A stretch of DNA of 64,000 nt, taken from Adineta vaga (taxonomy: Eukaryota > Animalia > Rotifera). Below, piece after piece: positions 47,915 to 60,510 of the stretch (the first letter of the stretch is position 1; each line of letters begins with the position of its first letter). The notes beneath the pieces were generated by a model that saw only the letters and a program-made list of their open reading frames with translations, ran no database searches and had not been told where the DNA came from. Position numbers and translations under genes: made by a program. The DNA is taken from the NCBI GenBank assembly GCA_021613535.1, contig CP075492.1, positions 8,122,001 through 8,186,000 of the forward strand. Direction: 5' to 3'.

Positions 47915-50900
47915 TTGTATATCTAAAAGAGATATGGAGTTAGAGACTACGATTAATAATCAGACTCGATCTAAGAAGTAGAAAAGTAAGGTAGATTAGA
48001 TTAAATCATTCTAATTTTATTTGCATCTCCTATTTCTCAGTTACTTTCTCAAATAACTAGTGAGTCTATTACTAATTCCTCATCACAGCATATCTTCGTT
48101 TTAGTTCTCTTCTTATGGTCATATGAGCATGTAGAAGAAAGGATGTAAAAGGATCTTTCATTAACATACATAGATATATTTTACATCGGCAAAATCTCTG
48201 CTCTATTTATGTTTGTTGACGTGAACATTAGAATAAAAGATCTCACAATCATATCATCAGTACTGATGCATACAAATAAAAAGAACATTTTTCTCTCTTT
48301 GATCAAAAGATATCTCTCGTAATCATCTAGAACGAATACAAGGAAGATATTAACTCTTATCTTTTCGCATCCATTGAATCAATAGTGTATGGTTCTACAT
48401 AATATCGGTGAATTAAAATCACTTACTTAAACTTCATCTTTTAACATTCCAATATGCTGCATCTTAAAGATAACATCACTACCTTAGATATTCTTCTCTT
48501 GATCTCTCTTAAATTTATTAACAAAATTCAAGTTCGTATTTATTCGATATCGCCTTGAATTCTTATTTTTGTTTCTATTCAGTTGTAACATTAGTTGTTT
48601 TTATCAAGAAAAATAACTTTATGCCTTACCTTTGATATGCAAAAGAAACAAATGCGATTACATTATGAAAAATTACCAAAGAGCAACAAAGAGAAGATTT
48701 TTTTCTCTCTCATCTCATTAACAACACAGTTCATATTAGTGCTCTAAAAATGATGACGTTCGTCAAAAACTACTACCGTATTCATCATGACGAAGAATAT
48801 TTCTCTCGATCAAGCTCTCATATCGAACTTTGACTCAGAACTGTATCAAGATAGTTTAGTCATCCGATAATATTATTCAATAGAGAAAATCATTACTGTT
48901 TAGTTTTTGAAAGACACATATCATCTAATGACACTATTTGTTTCGAGTATTTTCACAATCATTCCTTAGATGAGAATATCTTCGTCTAGGACGATTTTAC
49001 TTTAATTATTTGTACGTGTCTTATTTTATTGTTACGAATTGTACATGAAAAAGTAATAAATAAATATCAAAAAACTTTCGCCTATTTATTATTCAACCTG
49101 AAGTTTATTACTAAAAGTGTTTCCATTATACAATATGCATATGTTTTTGGGAACCCATCTGCGCAATGAGAACGTACTTTTCCCTTTTTCTCGCATCATC
49201 AAATGATTTTTTTTTAGACATCTACGTCATAGAAAAGATGACGAAAGAGTGAGAAAATATATTTACCTAACTGGAAAATTTTTCCATAGGTCATGCATTA
49301 CATTCTTCATATGCGTAATCACTTGACAAATCAAGTTTGTCCAAGTGTTAGATGATGCGATCGATTGATTGTAGTTTAATCATTCTTGACTAGAACTTAA
49401 CTTATTGATACATTATTCGTAACATTTCTATTCTCTTTCTCGTACTGAAGAGTTTTGCAAGAACAAATTGTTTACTTTTCTGTCGGTACTTTACTGATTA
49501 GTGTAAAAATAAAAGGAAAAATGTTTTTATAGAAATTGAACGAGAGGTAATTGGAGTCAAGGAATTCGAATCTGGTGTTAGTTTTTCAAAGTTCCATAAA
49601 TGAAGAAAGAGTTCTCGAACGAGCGTTACTTGTTGACCATAGATCACACAGAACACTTCTTTAATTAACGAACAACAACTAACTAATGTTAGATGAGTAT
49701 ATGTACCATTGTCAAACGGATAGAATCAAGATGTTGAGTGTTACGCTGTCGTGTACAAGCAATAGAGGCTCATATTAAATACAATGGACTACTATAACTA
49801 CATAAAATGATGATCTACATATAATTCAATTGAATGTACTTGCAGCAATCGGATACTCGATATCGAATGTAAAAAATATTAATAATGGATGAATATGTAC
49901 CAGATTTACAGTCAAATATATTGGACAAGCAGTTTTACATAGATAATATTAGAAAACTTGTAACTTAGCTCGTATATCGAACACGATCAAGATGAAAAGA
50001 ATAGGTAATGTGTTTTATCTCGAAAAATAATAAGATAGTGATGTATGATGAACTGATCTAGTTTTTAATAATTTAAAATGTAGATAAACATTTTCCAATG
50101 AAAAAAACGAATTATTATATATGATTTTATCCAAGAGAATCTGGTTTTGATTTGTTGAATTTATATCACAAAATTTGTCTCGTTTTTGTTTTTTCAATTT
50201 AGAATTACATTTATATAGAAAAGCAATGTATATTCATACAGATTGATTTGTGAATTTGAAGGTAAATATTCTCACTTCTACTATATTTCTTCAATAATTT
50301 CTGTGACAAGGTAATCATAAATAAAAACAAATTTCTTGCATTCAATTAAAACATTTTCCCATGAAATTGTATGGGAAATATAAAACTAAAAGATATTCTT
50401 CAAAGTTTAATACATGATGCATAGATACCATGATACTATCTTTCGATCAATAAAAATCAAGAAGTTCACTGATATCGAATGTTTTAAACATGTAAAAACA
50501 ATTGATCAATGTAATGCTACACATGTTAACAAATATATTAATTCAAAAAACACTTGTTTTTTGTTCGCAAAAAAGGTAATTAAGTTGGGATGATTGTTAC
50601 TAATGACTCATTTACCTCGTAAATAAAATATGCGATTGAAACGAGGCTCTCCTTCCGATTTTTAACGAACGATACAATAACAGTATGACGAAAGAGTAAT
50701 GAATCGAAGCCTATGATGGCGACATTAAACTGATGCATTTAACATGTGTCCTGTAAATATTGCGAGTATGTAGATAGAAAGAGTGTGCACATGCGAAATG
50801 ATAATGATTTATAGACAGTAAGATTTTATACAATGGAATTACCAAACACTGAACAATTCTGAATAAGTATCCCTTTGTAAGAAAACTTCTATCTTTTTTT

Positions 50901-51466
50901 GAATTTTTCAGAAGTACTCGTATATTTTCTGATGGTTTTATTAAAACATCAGCTATTTTATCTCGCACATATACTAAATATATTACTAGGTACAAACTAC
51001 CATCATTCATCGATTTTTCCCTGCGAAAAAGTCGTCACCTGGACAAAATATTGCAGTGATTATATTTTCGTATCGACGCAACATCAGCGCGCATATTCGC
51101 ATAGAAAAAAACTCTATCGAAAGTAGCCGAAGTTCATGTTAGGGAACACTCATCATTGGATGCGATTGTTAAAAAGATCAGAAGTCCAACAGAGAGTATG
51201 TTTGATATGAGCGCAAACCTAGGTATAAGCTGAAGTGACATGATGCGAGTGGACGAATGTGTATGTAATGTAAGTTAGATTTGCACGTAAGCATATTCGC
51301 TAGCCACTTCATCCTGTTCGTCTTCACGTATGGTTTTACTGTCAGTGTCAGCGAATCCTACAGCCTTCTTCTCACAAAGATCTGCACATTGATTTTCGCA
51401 ATATTTTGTCCGGTCAACGATTTTTTATAGGTAGTTTACAATGTTTTTTTTTCAATTTTAGATCTG

Positions 51467-53629
51467 ATGACGAAAGATTTAGAAAAAAATCAGGTTGGAA
51501 AACCTGATGTTTTGAAATTCTATATTGATTCTGAGATGACTCAGTTTGAAGAAGTTGGTGGAACATGTTCCAATCGAGATAATTTCGACGAACCTTGTTG
51601 TACAGTTCGAAGTGTTGTCATAGGACTAATATTCGTCATTGCTACATCTTATCTTCATCAATGGACTGTTTACACATTTAGTGATACATATATTGGACCG
51701 ATGTTAGTTATTCTATTGATCTATCCAGTTGGCCGTCTTTGGGAATATATCGTACCCAATTCAAAACCATTTACTCAAAAAGAACATGGGTTTGCATTGA
51801 TTATGACAAATGTTTCTTGGATCTTTTTTCTACAATTTAATTTCGCTACATCTGCAGCGTTACCATTATTGGAAAATGATAAACTTAATTTTGCCAATTA
51901 TTTTTTTCTTGTCTTAGCATTTCAATTTCTTGGCTTTGGACTAGCAGGTATGTCTTGTCTTTTATCTAAATTAGAATTTTTTAGCAATAGATTTTTTCTA
52001 ATATTCTTTATAGGTGTTTTACGTCGATTTCTAGTCTGGCCAACTGAAGTGATATGGCCCCAAAATTTACCTTTAATTGCTATTTTACGTACTTTACATG
52101 AACGTGAAACAAGTGCTAAAGAAACAACATATGGAAATGTAAAAACTCGCAGTTGGAAGGAAGTCTTATATCAGAATAAATTACTCTTCTTTTTTCTTGT
52201 TGTTCTCGTTGGATTCATTTATGAATGGTTTCCACTATTTATTATGCCATTCTTGTCTGTTTTCTCATGGATGTGTATGTTTGACATAAATAATCATTTA
52301 CTTGGTCAACTAACTGCTGTTCGTGGTCTATCATTAGCTGGTGGTGGACTTACACTTGAATGGATGAAAATAACACAATATCTTGGTTCCCCACTTATTC
52401 TACCTGGCTGGGCTTTAATTAATATTGGATTTGGTTTTGTATTAATTATTTGGTTTATTGTACCCATTATCTATGGATCTAATGTTCGAAATATCAAATC
52501 TCGTCCTATCGCAGGAGTCATGTTTTCCGGTATAACAGCAATGAATCTTGTAACATCATTTACTTCGTTCGCTTACTTACCAGCTATATTTGTACATACA
52601 GCCCTTTTTCATGGTTACGATCTTTGGCAACAACTTCGATCGAAATCGTTAAATAATATGGGTAATGATATGCATAATCGACTGATGTCAGCTTATGCAA
52701 AAGTTCCAGATTGGTGGTATTTTATCTTATTTTCAATATCTTTAATTGTCATTTGTGTTATTTGCAATCATAATGGTTGGCTAGCATGGTATCTAGTACT
52801 TCTAACTCTTGTTATTAATATGTGTCTCGTACTTCCTGTTGGACTTGTTTCATCTATCACCGGACAATTTCTTCAAAATGCACCGGTCTATTATCTAAAC
52901 GTTATCGTTACACAAGGATTATCATTGGGAAATGAATCAAAACCAACTTATACATTTATCGTAGTTGGTTATATGCTTTTTGTTCAATCACTTGCTCTCA
53001 TTCAAGATATGAAATTAGGGCATTATATGAAAATTGGTCCACGTCCAATGTTCGCTGCTCAATGTCTTGCAGGTGTGATATGTTCTATATTTAGCATTGG
53101 TATTCAATATATGAATTTCAATAAACATGGAATTAATAATGAATTTGATTCAAGTTTTTCCATCTTTGATTATACATTACTTGGTGGAAGTGCTTTTAAT
53201 GATAAAGAAGGTTTCTTCTATGGTGATAATACTGCCAATCGTGGTTTACTATGGGCTTTCTTAGTTGGAGCATTATTACCTATTCCTGGTTGGTTTTTAT
53301 CACGTTTACCACGTTTTAGTTGGTTGAAACATCTACATTGGCCTCTTATTTTAATATCATTTAGTTGGATGCCTGCTCTTTTATCAGCTGGTGCACTTTT
53401 TACATGGCTTCTTATTGGTCTTGGAGTTTATTTTACAATTGGAAAATTTAGCTGGAGTCAACGTCATATATATTTAACTTCTGGTGCACTCGATCTTGCT
53501 TTAAATCTGATATTAATCATTGTAAATACAGCATTTATTAATCCAGAACGAAAATTTCCAAGTTGGAGAGGAACTGTAACTAACAATGGATGGGACAGTT
53601 GTAAACAAGCATTAATAGGAAAGTCCTGA
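51467..53629 (+). CDS. OPT-family oligopeptide/glutathione transporter, ~698 aa after splicing
   Basis: PFTQKEH, GFGLAG-VLRRFLVWP, IWPQNL, HNRLMSAYAKVPDWW, QDMKLGHYMKIGPR and many TM helices. A 66-nt in-frame GT-AG intron lies at 51948-52013. Confidence 0.92.
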   Translation: MTKDLEKNQVGKPDVLKFYIDSEMTQFEEVGGTCSNRDNFDEPCCTVRSVVIGLIFVIATSYLHQWTVYTFSDTYIGPMLVILLIYPVGRLWEYIVPNSKPFTQKEHGFALIMTNVSWIFFLQFNFATSAALPLLENDKLNFANYFFLVLAFQFLGFGLAGMSCLLSKLEFFSNRFFLIFFIGVLRRFLVWPTEVIWPQNLPLIAILRTLHERETSAKETTYGNVKTRSWKEVLYQNKLLFFFLVVLVGFIYEWFPLFIMPFLSVFSWMCMFDINNHLLGQLTAVRGLSLAGGGLTLEWMKITQYLGSPLILPGWALINIGFGFVLIIWFIVPIIYGSNVRNIKSRPIAGVMFSGITAMNLVTSFTSFAYLPAIFVHTALFHGYDLWQQLRSKSLNNMGNDMHNRLMSAYAKVPDWWYFILFSISLIVICVICNHNGWLAWYLVLLTLVINMCLVLPVGLVSSITGQFLQNAPVYYLNVIVTQGLSLGNESKPTYTFIVVGYMLFVQSLALIQDMKLGHYMKIGPRPMFAAQCLAGVICSIFSIGIQYMNFNKHGINNEFDSSFSIFDYTLLGGSAFNDKEGFFYGDNTANRGLLWAFLVGALLPIPGWFLSRLPRFSWLKHLHWPLILISFSWMPALLSAGALFTWLLIGLGVYFTIGKFSWSQRHIYLTSGALDLALNLILIIVNTAFINPERKFPSWRGTVTNNGWDSCKQALIGKS

Positions 53630-55109
53630 ATAGAAGGAGCATTACATACGATTGTTGAAAAAAAATGCAACTCCTAACATTATATCACTCAGTAGATATC
53701 TAAATATTAAATGTTTTAAATTTTTTTGTTTTCTGCACAAAAACTTTTTTATTTATTTTACAAAATAAAGTAATAAATAAAAACAAACTTCTAAGTTTCT
53801 ACAAGATTTCAAGCGAGAAATATCATCGATACTCTATGACGCATAATCTTGATGATTTACTTTAGAAATTATAAAAAGAATAAACAATTATCGAAACAAA
53901 ACTGTATCTTTTCTTGTGCTTTACGTTATTTTCTGTAACACTTTCTAGTGTATTTTAATGTATCATATGAAAACTTCTTTCATACTTCTCTATTGACTTT
54001 CAAATAGTCATTGATCTAAATAGTTTTCTACCATGAAAAACTAACCGACATACAAAATTGATCACACCCGAGATGTTTACTTTTTTACGGAAACGGTAAC
54101 ATTGTATTTTCTGCTAAAATTTGTTTAACATTATCACTGAATATTTACACTAGATGTGATTATGTTCAAAAACATGGAAGAAAATGACCGATTTCCATGG
54201 TACTGTTATTCAATGAAAAACATCTCCACTAAGTTTCTTTTTTTGTAAAATCCATATAAAGGACAGACAAGCAAAAACATACCATTTCATTTTTAGTTAG
54301 AAAAAATAGAGGATCAGATTGCTTTGAATAAAGACATACTTCAGACGAGTTATTGAATTTCTTAAACATCGAGCAGGTATCGTTATGAATATGAGTTAGA
54401 GATAATTTTTTTGTCTATTGCTCAGATTTTTCAAAAAACAATTTTTATCTTTATTTTATATATTTCCAGAGAGAACAATCCTTCAAGAAACCTTTGGTCA
54501 ATAATAAATATTTACATCTATGACATACGATAGCTAAATTTTGAAATTTTTCTAATATTACAAGTCATATAATATTTATTAATATTTATATATTGTCAAA
54601 ACAGACTGAGATTTCTTCTATTAACGTGAAGAATAACGTCATAGGTTGTCTTTTCCTTCGATTAATACTATGCTTTTAAGAGTTTTTGTGACATACTATA
54701 ACTTTTTAATAGATAAATCATAAACGTCAGCATTCACCCATTTCAATAGTATTTACTTTCCACCTATGATTTCTGTATGAGATTTGACATTATTTCGAGG
54801 AAAACTTTGTGTATTAACGTTCTCAATTCTAATATTTGCACACATTCTGTATGCATAGAAAGAAAATAATTCTCTTTTTAATCTTCTATTTTCATAAATA
54901 GTCACTTTCACAGAATCTCTGAACTTATATTCTCATAAAAATTCATATTTATGAACAGTTAAAAGGTCGTGTATTTAACACAAATGACGTATAGAAGATC
55001 ATATTTCAAAATCTTCAAGATTACAAAAAGTTTTTAAAAATTTTGTTTTTAGAATACTAAGTGCATTTGGTGCTAGAAAAATCTTGGAAATCAACCGATA
55101 ACAATCAGC

Positions 55110-55658
55110 ATGGCTCATCAGAAACAAATTACAACACAACAACCAACAAATCACGGAAGTTCAAGCAATCCGTTTCTTGTACCAACCGTACAATGGTCAG
55201 CTGGATTATATGACTGCTGTAATGACATGAGTGAATGTATGTATTCCTTTTATATCAGATGAAATAGTAGAATAAAGAAAGTAACAACTTCTAAGACATA
55301 AATGAACATTAGAGTGAGTGACAGATCAACTTTTAAAATGATTCCTATGTCGTTAGGTTGCTATGCATACTTATGTCCATGCTGTTTTATGCATTCTTTG
55401 GGTAAAAGTATCAATGAAGAATCATTATGTGGCTGTTGTATTCCAAATCAAGCGGGAGTTTATCGTATGAAAATCCGAACGGCTCTTCATATTGAAGTAT
55501 GTTTCTATTCTTTACAACAATAGAAAGATAAACAAAAAAACATTTGAATTAATTTACATTAGGGTACGGCAATGAACGACTGCTTTACTGTTGCTTTCTG
55601 TGGAGTCTGTGCTGCTGTTCAAATGAAACTTGAATTAAAAAATCGTGGTCTGGCCTGA
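55110..55658 (+). CDS. PLAC8/cornifelin-family Cys-rich protein, ~120 aa
   Basis: Exons 55110-55236, 55357-55496, 55563-55658 (363 nt): QWSAGLYDCCNDMSECCYAYLCPCC...YRMKIRTALHIEGTAMNDC...CGVCAAVQMKLEL. Confidence 0.9.
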
Positions 55659-55979
55659 TTCTACCATCAAATTTATATAAAATCTTTGAACACTCTTTAA
55701 AAATATGACACACATTATTAATCATTCGAAATAAATATTCTATTATTGACTAAGATTGAAATCATAAAGAAACAATTGTTCAATGACGATCGTACATTGA
55801 GAGTCGATAGAATCAAAACAAAAGGACGAATACATCATATATACATTCATTCTTTTTCTCATATCCTTCATAAGAACAACAATCATTTACTCACGTGTTC
55901 CATAGCGTGTCTAATACGACCAAAAGAATATATCAAGAAAGCTATTCATGCATATTTTCTTTGAAATTTTCGAGTTCAA

Positions 55980-57050
55980 ATGATTTTCATCATTTTCTTA
56001 TGGATTTTAATAATAAAGATCATCTATGACAATGAACAATGTCATTCTATTACAAAATCAATATCATTTCATAGGACTCGAAATCTTTCATCAAATCAAT
56101 CGATGATTGATTCACGATTAAAACTTCATCATATGACTATTCTTGGTACTCATAATAGTTATCATAAAGCAACACGATTTTATAAATATAAACATTCAAA
56201 TCTTGACGTACAATTAATGTCTGGTATTCGACAAATTGAATTAGATATTCATATAATGGCGAAGAATTATGTTGTTTATCATTTACAATTTCTTGATGAT
56301 CAAACAAATTGTTATTGTTTTAAGGATTGTTTATTAAAAATTCGACAATGGAGTGAACAAAATCAAAATCATTATCCAATTTTTTTATTTATCGAAATCA
56401 AAGAACGATTTTATGAAGATTTTCTCACAGCATTTCATGGTGGTCTTCAATGTCAACATTTTCAATCGATGAAAGAGCAAATTTTACAAATCTTTCCATA
56501 CGATTTCTTAATCTTACCCGATTTCATTCGTGGACATCATCATTCAATTAATATTGCTTTAAAACACCAACGACAAGATGAAAGCCGTGGAAATTATGTT
56601 TATAAAAACTACGGATGGCCTCCAGTCTCATTGTCATTAGGAAAAATTTTAATTAGTTTCATTGATGATCAATATAATTTAGTTGCTGATTTAATATCAA
56701 CATGTCAACCATTATACAATTTCTTTTTCATAGTTCAAGAAAATGTTAGTCGTCCCTATGCATCAATTATTAACATACGAAATCCATTAGGAAATGAACA
56801 ACTCATTCTTTCTAGTCAAAATCATGGACAAATAACTCGAACATTAATCGGTCATGGTAATAAACAAGCGTTCTATCGATATATTCAAGCACGAAGATAT
56901 GGTGTTCATATAATTAGTACTGATTTTGTTCAATGTAATCATTCATGTTTATGTGAAAGTATTCGAAATGATTTTCAAAATTCATCATCAAATTTATGTA
57001 ATCAGATTGTTGCTCCATCATTTTGTTATTTAACGAATTCATTTCTTTGA
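55980..57050 (+). CDS. Secreted or anchored bacterial-type PI-specific phospholipase C (actinobacterial Ca2+-dependent PI-PLC-like)
   Basis: Intronless 356-aa ORF with hydrophobic N-terminus. Motifs LGTHNSYH, GIRQIELDIH, VYH...DDQTNC...CL..IRQWS..N..HYPIFLFIEIK, GWP....LGK, GVHIISTDF. Confidence 0.82.
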   Translation: MIFIIFLWILIIKIIYDNEQCHSITKSISFHRTRNLSSNQSMIDSRLKLHHMTILGTHNSYHKATRFYKYKHSNLDVQLMSGIRQIELDIHIMAKNYVVYHLQFLDDQTNCYCFKDCLLKIRQWSEQNQNHYPIFLFIEIKERFYEDFLTAFHGGLQCQHFQSMKEQILQIFPYDFLILPDFIRGHHHSINIALKHQRQDESRGNYVYKNYGWPPVSLSLGKILISFIDDQYNLVADLISTCQPLYNFFFIVQENVSRPYASIINIRNPLGNEQLILSSQNHGQITRTLIGHGNKQAFYRYIQARRYGVHIISTDFVQCNHSCLCESIRNDFQNSSSNLCNQIVAPSFCYLTNSFL

Positions 57051-57139
57051 TAAATTACATTTTTCCTTGTCATTTTATCAAACAAAGATACTAAAAAGAA
57101 AACAAAACAACAACAAATAAACATCTCGATAAATTCATT

Positions 57140-60100
57140 CTAAGAAATAAGTTGTTTTGATTTCAATTGAGATTTGGCTGTAGCAAGACGTCGTTCTAAA
57201 TATTCAATATCTCTTTCAAGTTCATCTTCTTCATCTTCTTGATTCGTTGAAAGAATCTTTCGCATTGGACTATTTGGAAGTGTTGGATGATGAAGAACTA
57301 AAAATACATAGATGAAGAAATTTTTGTTTTGAAATATGAAGGAAAAAAAACCTATTTACATTCAGAACGTTCGAAATTTTGTAGAAATGTTTTTGTCATT
57401 GCTAATTCAAGTTTAAGTTCATTTTGACGATGTTTTAATTGTATTAATCGTTGTTGATGAGTTGATTTATCCGAAATCTAATTATATAAATTAGAAGATA
57501 GACATTTTTTGTATTGTTTCCTAATCGAATACTTACGATTGGACTATTCCAAGAACCGTTACTATTCGTTCGTCGATCTTCTAAAACAAACAAATAAAGG
57601 TTAAGTATTTCCATTTGAATTCATTTATATTTACCTTTCCGTATGGATTTATTACGTGTTTTAACTGAATTATTTGCATTTGTAATATTTGTTGGCATTG
57701 ACGCGAGCATTTCTTCGAGTATTGTATTACCCATTGATTCATAACCACTTGAACTGGCACGACCAGATGCTGATGAAGCTGTACTACTTGTTGTTAATGG
57801 CATTAGATCATCATGAGAATCTAATGTTACTGTTAATGGTGATATTAAAGGTGATGATGGTGGTGATTGAATAACAATCGTTGGTTGAGGTTGTTGGGAT
57901 GAACGTAAACCGAATAAACGTTGCAAAATTGATGGACGAGATGTTGTTTCAGCTAGACTGGTTGTACGTAAAGGTATTTGAGGTTTTTTTGTTGATGTAC
58001 GTGAACGTCGTGTTCTTGGAATAATAAAAGGTGAATTGGGTACTGATGGATGAGAATTATCCATGGAAAGAATTTTATCAAAACGTGTAGGAGAAACAAT
58101 TCGTGATAGTCGTTTCGTTTTCTCATCGGTAGACATTAAGGATGATAAATGATCAATACGATTCAATGATTTACTCATTGTTGATTGACAATCAGGTGAA
58201 TGTGGTACAATAGGTGATGGTACTAATAATGTTTCTAAAGTTTTTTCTAACATTTCTAAATCATCATTTAATTTATTTGTACTTAGTTTTAAATTTAATT
58301 TTGATGAATCAGTTATCATTAAAGGTTTAGGTTTCGTCGGCAATTGACTTGAACGAAATGGTAGTAATGAATGATCTTTAAATACGGGTAAGACAGGTAG
58401 ATGACAATGTGAACTAACAACAGATTCAGTATCGAAATTATTGGATGAAATGTGATCTTCTTGATCATATGGAGAATATGAGGAAAGTTTAGCTTTAATA
58501 TGCATCGGTTTTGAACGATGTTTCGGAGTTGATCTATTGGAAGAGATTTTTGGTGAACAAGGAACGAATTGACGTGGACCATCGATCCAAATTTCTTTTT
58601 TATGATGTGAAGCACTTAGTGGGCCATCAACCCAAATTTCTTCATGAGGACGATTTATTACTGTTTCAATCGAAGTTGAATCACGCGACATCTAAAAAAG
58701 CGATCAATTATCACATTTTAGATGTATATATATATTCTTACTTTCGATTGATTTCTTCGTAGTTTAAGTAATCGGTGAATTTTCGAATAGGATTTCAATT
58801 GTTTATCGTTTGTGATAGTTGCTAATATATACAAAAAATGTTCTTCAATATTAATCACGTATTCATGGAAGATTGATGTTAAAGAGAATAATGATTGTTC
58901 GTGACTATTGCGTGGACTATTATACAAAAAAAAGAAGAAGAAGAATATGCTTAGTAGACATATATGTACATGTGTTAAAAACATTAACGAAGAAGAAAGA
59001 CATATGTATAATAATGTAATTAGTTGAAGATGGCATCGAAGTAAAACTTACTTAGATGAATGGAACGATTGTTTCTGTCTATTTGACGGTAAAGATAATG
59101 ACAATGACATGAGAAGATTAGAAAATTCTTCGAGATTTGCTCTTTCAGCATAGTTATCATTTGTTGAAAGTATATGAAGTTGTACGCAATGCTTATTGGA
59201 TGAACGATTTATAAGATGAAATGTTATTAATAGAGGATAAGATTGATGATCTATACACAGTTGTTTCAAATAATCAGATGTTTCAATTGGACAAACAATT
59301 GAATAATCACTGGGTAATAAAATAAATTTTCCTATTCGAAACGAGAAAAGAAAACATTCGATCGTTGGATAAAAAAATCATTATTAAAAAAAAAAGAAAT
59401 ACCTCTTGCTGTAAGATTGTCACTTGGAAATTCTTGTATACTAACACGAAGCAAAAGACTTTTATTTTGTTCGTTAATGAAACGATGTAAAGCGATTAAT
59501 GTTAATGAAATAAGAGTAGTTTGCAATTGAATAACTATAAACAAAAATTATATCATCAGAAAAGATAACTATCTTTTCTTTTACTTACTTTCACAAGATT
59601 GACCAGAAAGGATAATTAATGTATTGATATAATTCGTTGTTATACGTGAAATATATTGCTCAAATATACATTCACTAATGTTCGTTGTCTGTTCATTACA
59701 AGAAAAGATCTGCTCGAATGGTTGTTGTTGCTTGTCATCTAATGAACACAAACATCGTAGACCGAGTCTAATCTAAACAATGCGACACGTATATATATAT
59801 ATGTATATAGAATTATCATTATCATCATCAGACAGAGGATTCACTTGGGATATTATTCGTCTCAAAAGTCATTGTCAATTCGATTCGGACAGAGTCTTTT
59901 TTACTGATGCATCCGTTTTCTTATGTGTCCAGTCGATAGAGACAAAATTGAATGAACAGAGACCAATTATCATATTTGGTTACATCGGTCATCCAAAAGA
60001 AGAAAAAGAAGAGAATTGTTTCTATAATCGATGTCTGTATCTGATTATGGACAAGAGGAAAGCATATACGTATAACATCGATTTTTTTCCTTCTTCCCTC

Positions 60101-60510
60101 TTCTCTCTGTTTAGTTTTTTTTTATGATTTCATAATTGCTCTGTATAACATTCATTCAAGGATCATATTCAATTGATATCTATCTATATAACGACGTAAC
60201 AAGAGTCACGGGCTATTTGTCACACATAGATGTGCATTAGGTCGAAGGACTTCTAACATATATATGTGTATGATAATAGTAGATCAACATAGGTTTTTTT
60301 TCTTACTCGTGATGATGAAGCGGATTTTTTTTGTGTCAATTGGAGATGATGGTTATTATCATAAATAGTCAAACTAGATGACTGAAGATGATTGACGGAT
60401 GATGAAGAAGGAGAAGAAATCGATGGCGGTTGAAGCGGCATTGGTTGCGTAAGTCCGATCGTATACTTATGGTCATCGTTGATCATCATTCGTTGTAGCG
60501 ATGAGGGCAT
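57140..60510 (-). CDS. KIF26/VAB-8-like (kinesin-11) protein with strongly degenerate motor region; 5' exon junctions uncertain
   Basis: Exon 58691-57634 has EEIWVDGP/EIWIDGP and ASSSGYESM. Terminal exons encode the coiled coil RLIQLKHRQNELKLELAMTKTFL and IEYLERRLATAK, with TAG at 57142-57140. Upstream exons (59738-58743) give FEQIFS...IILSGQSCE...LLLRVSIQE. I could not phase the 60510-60307 exon onto the next one. Confidence 0.55.
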
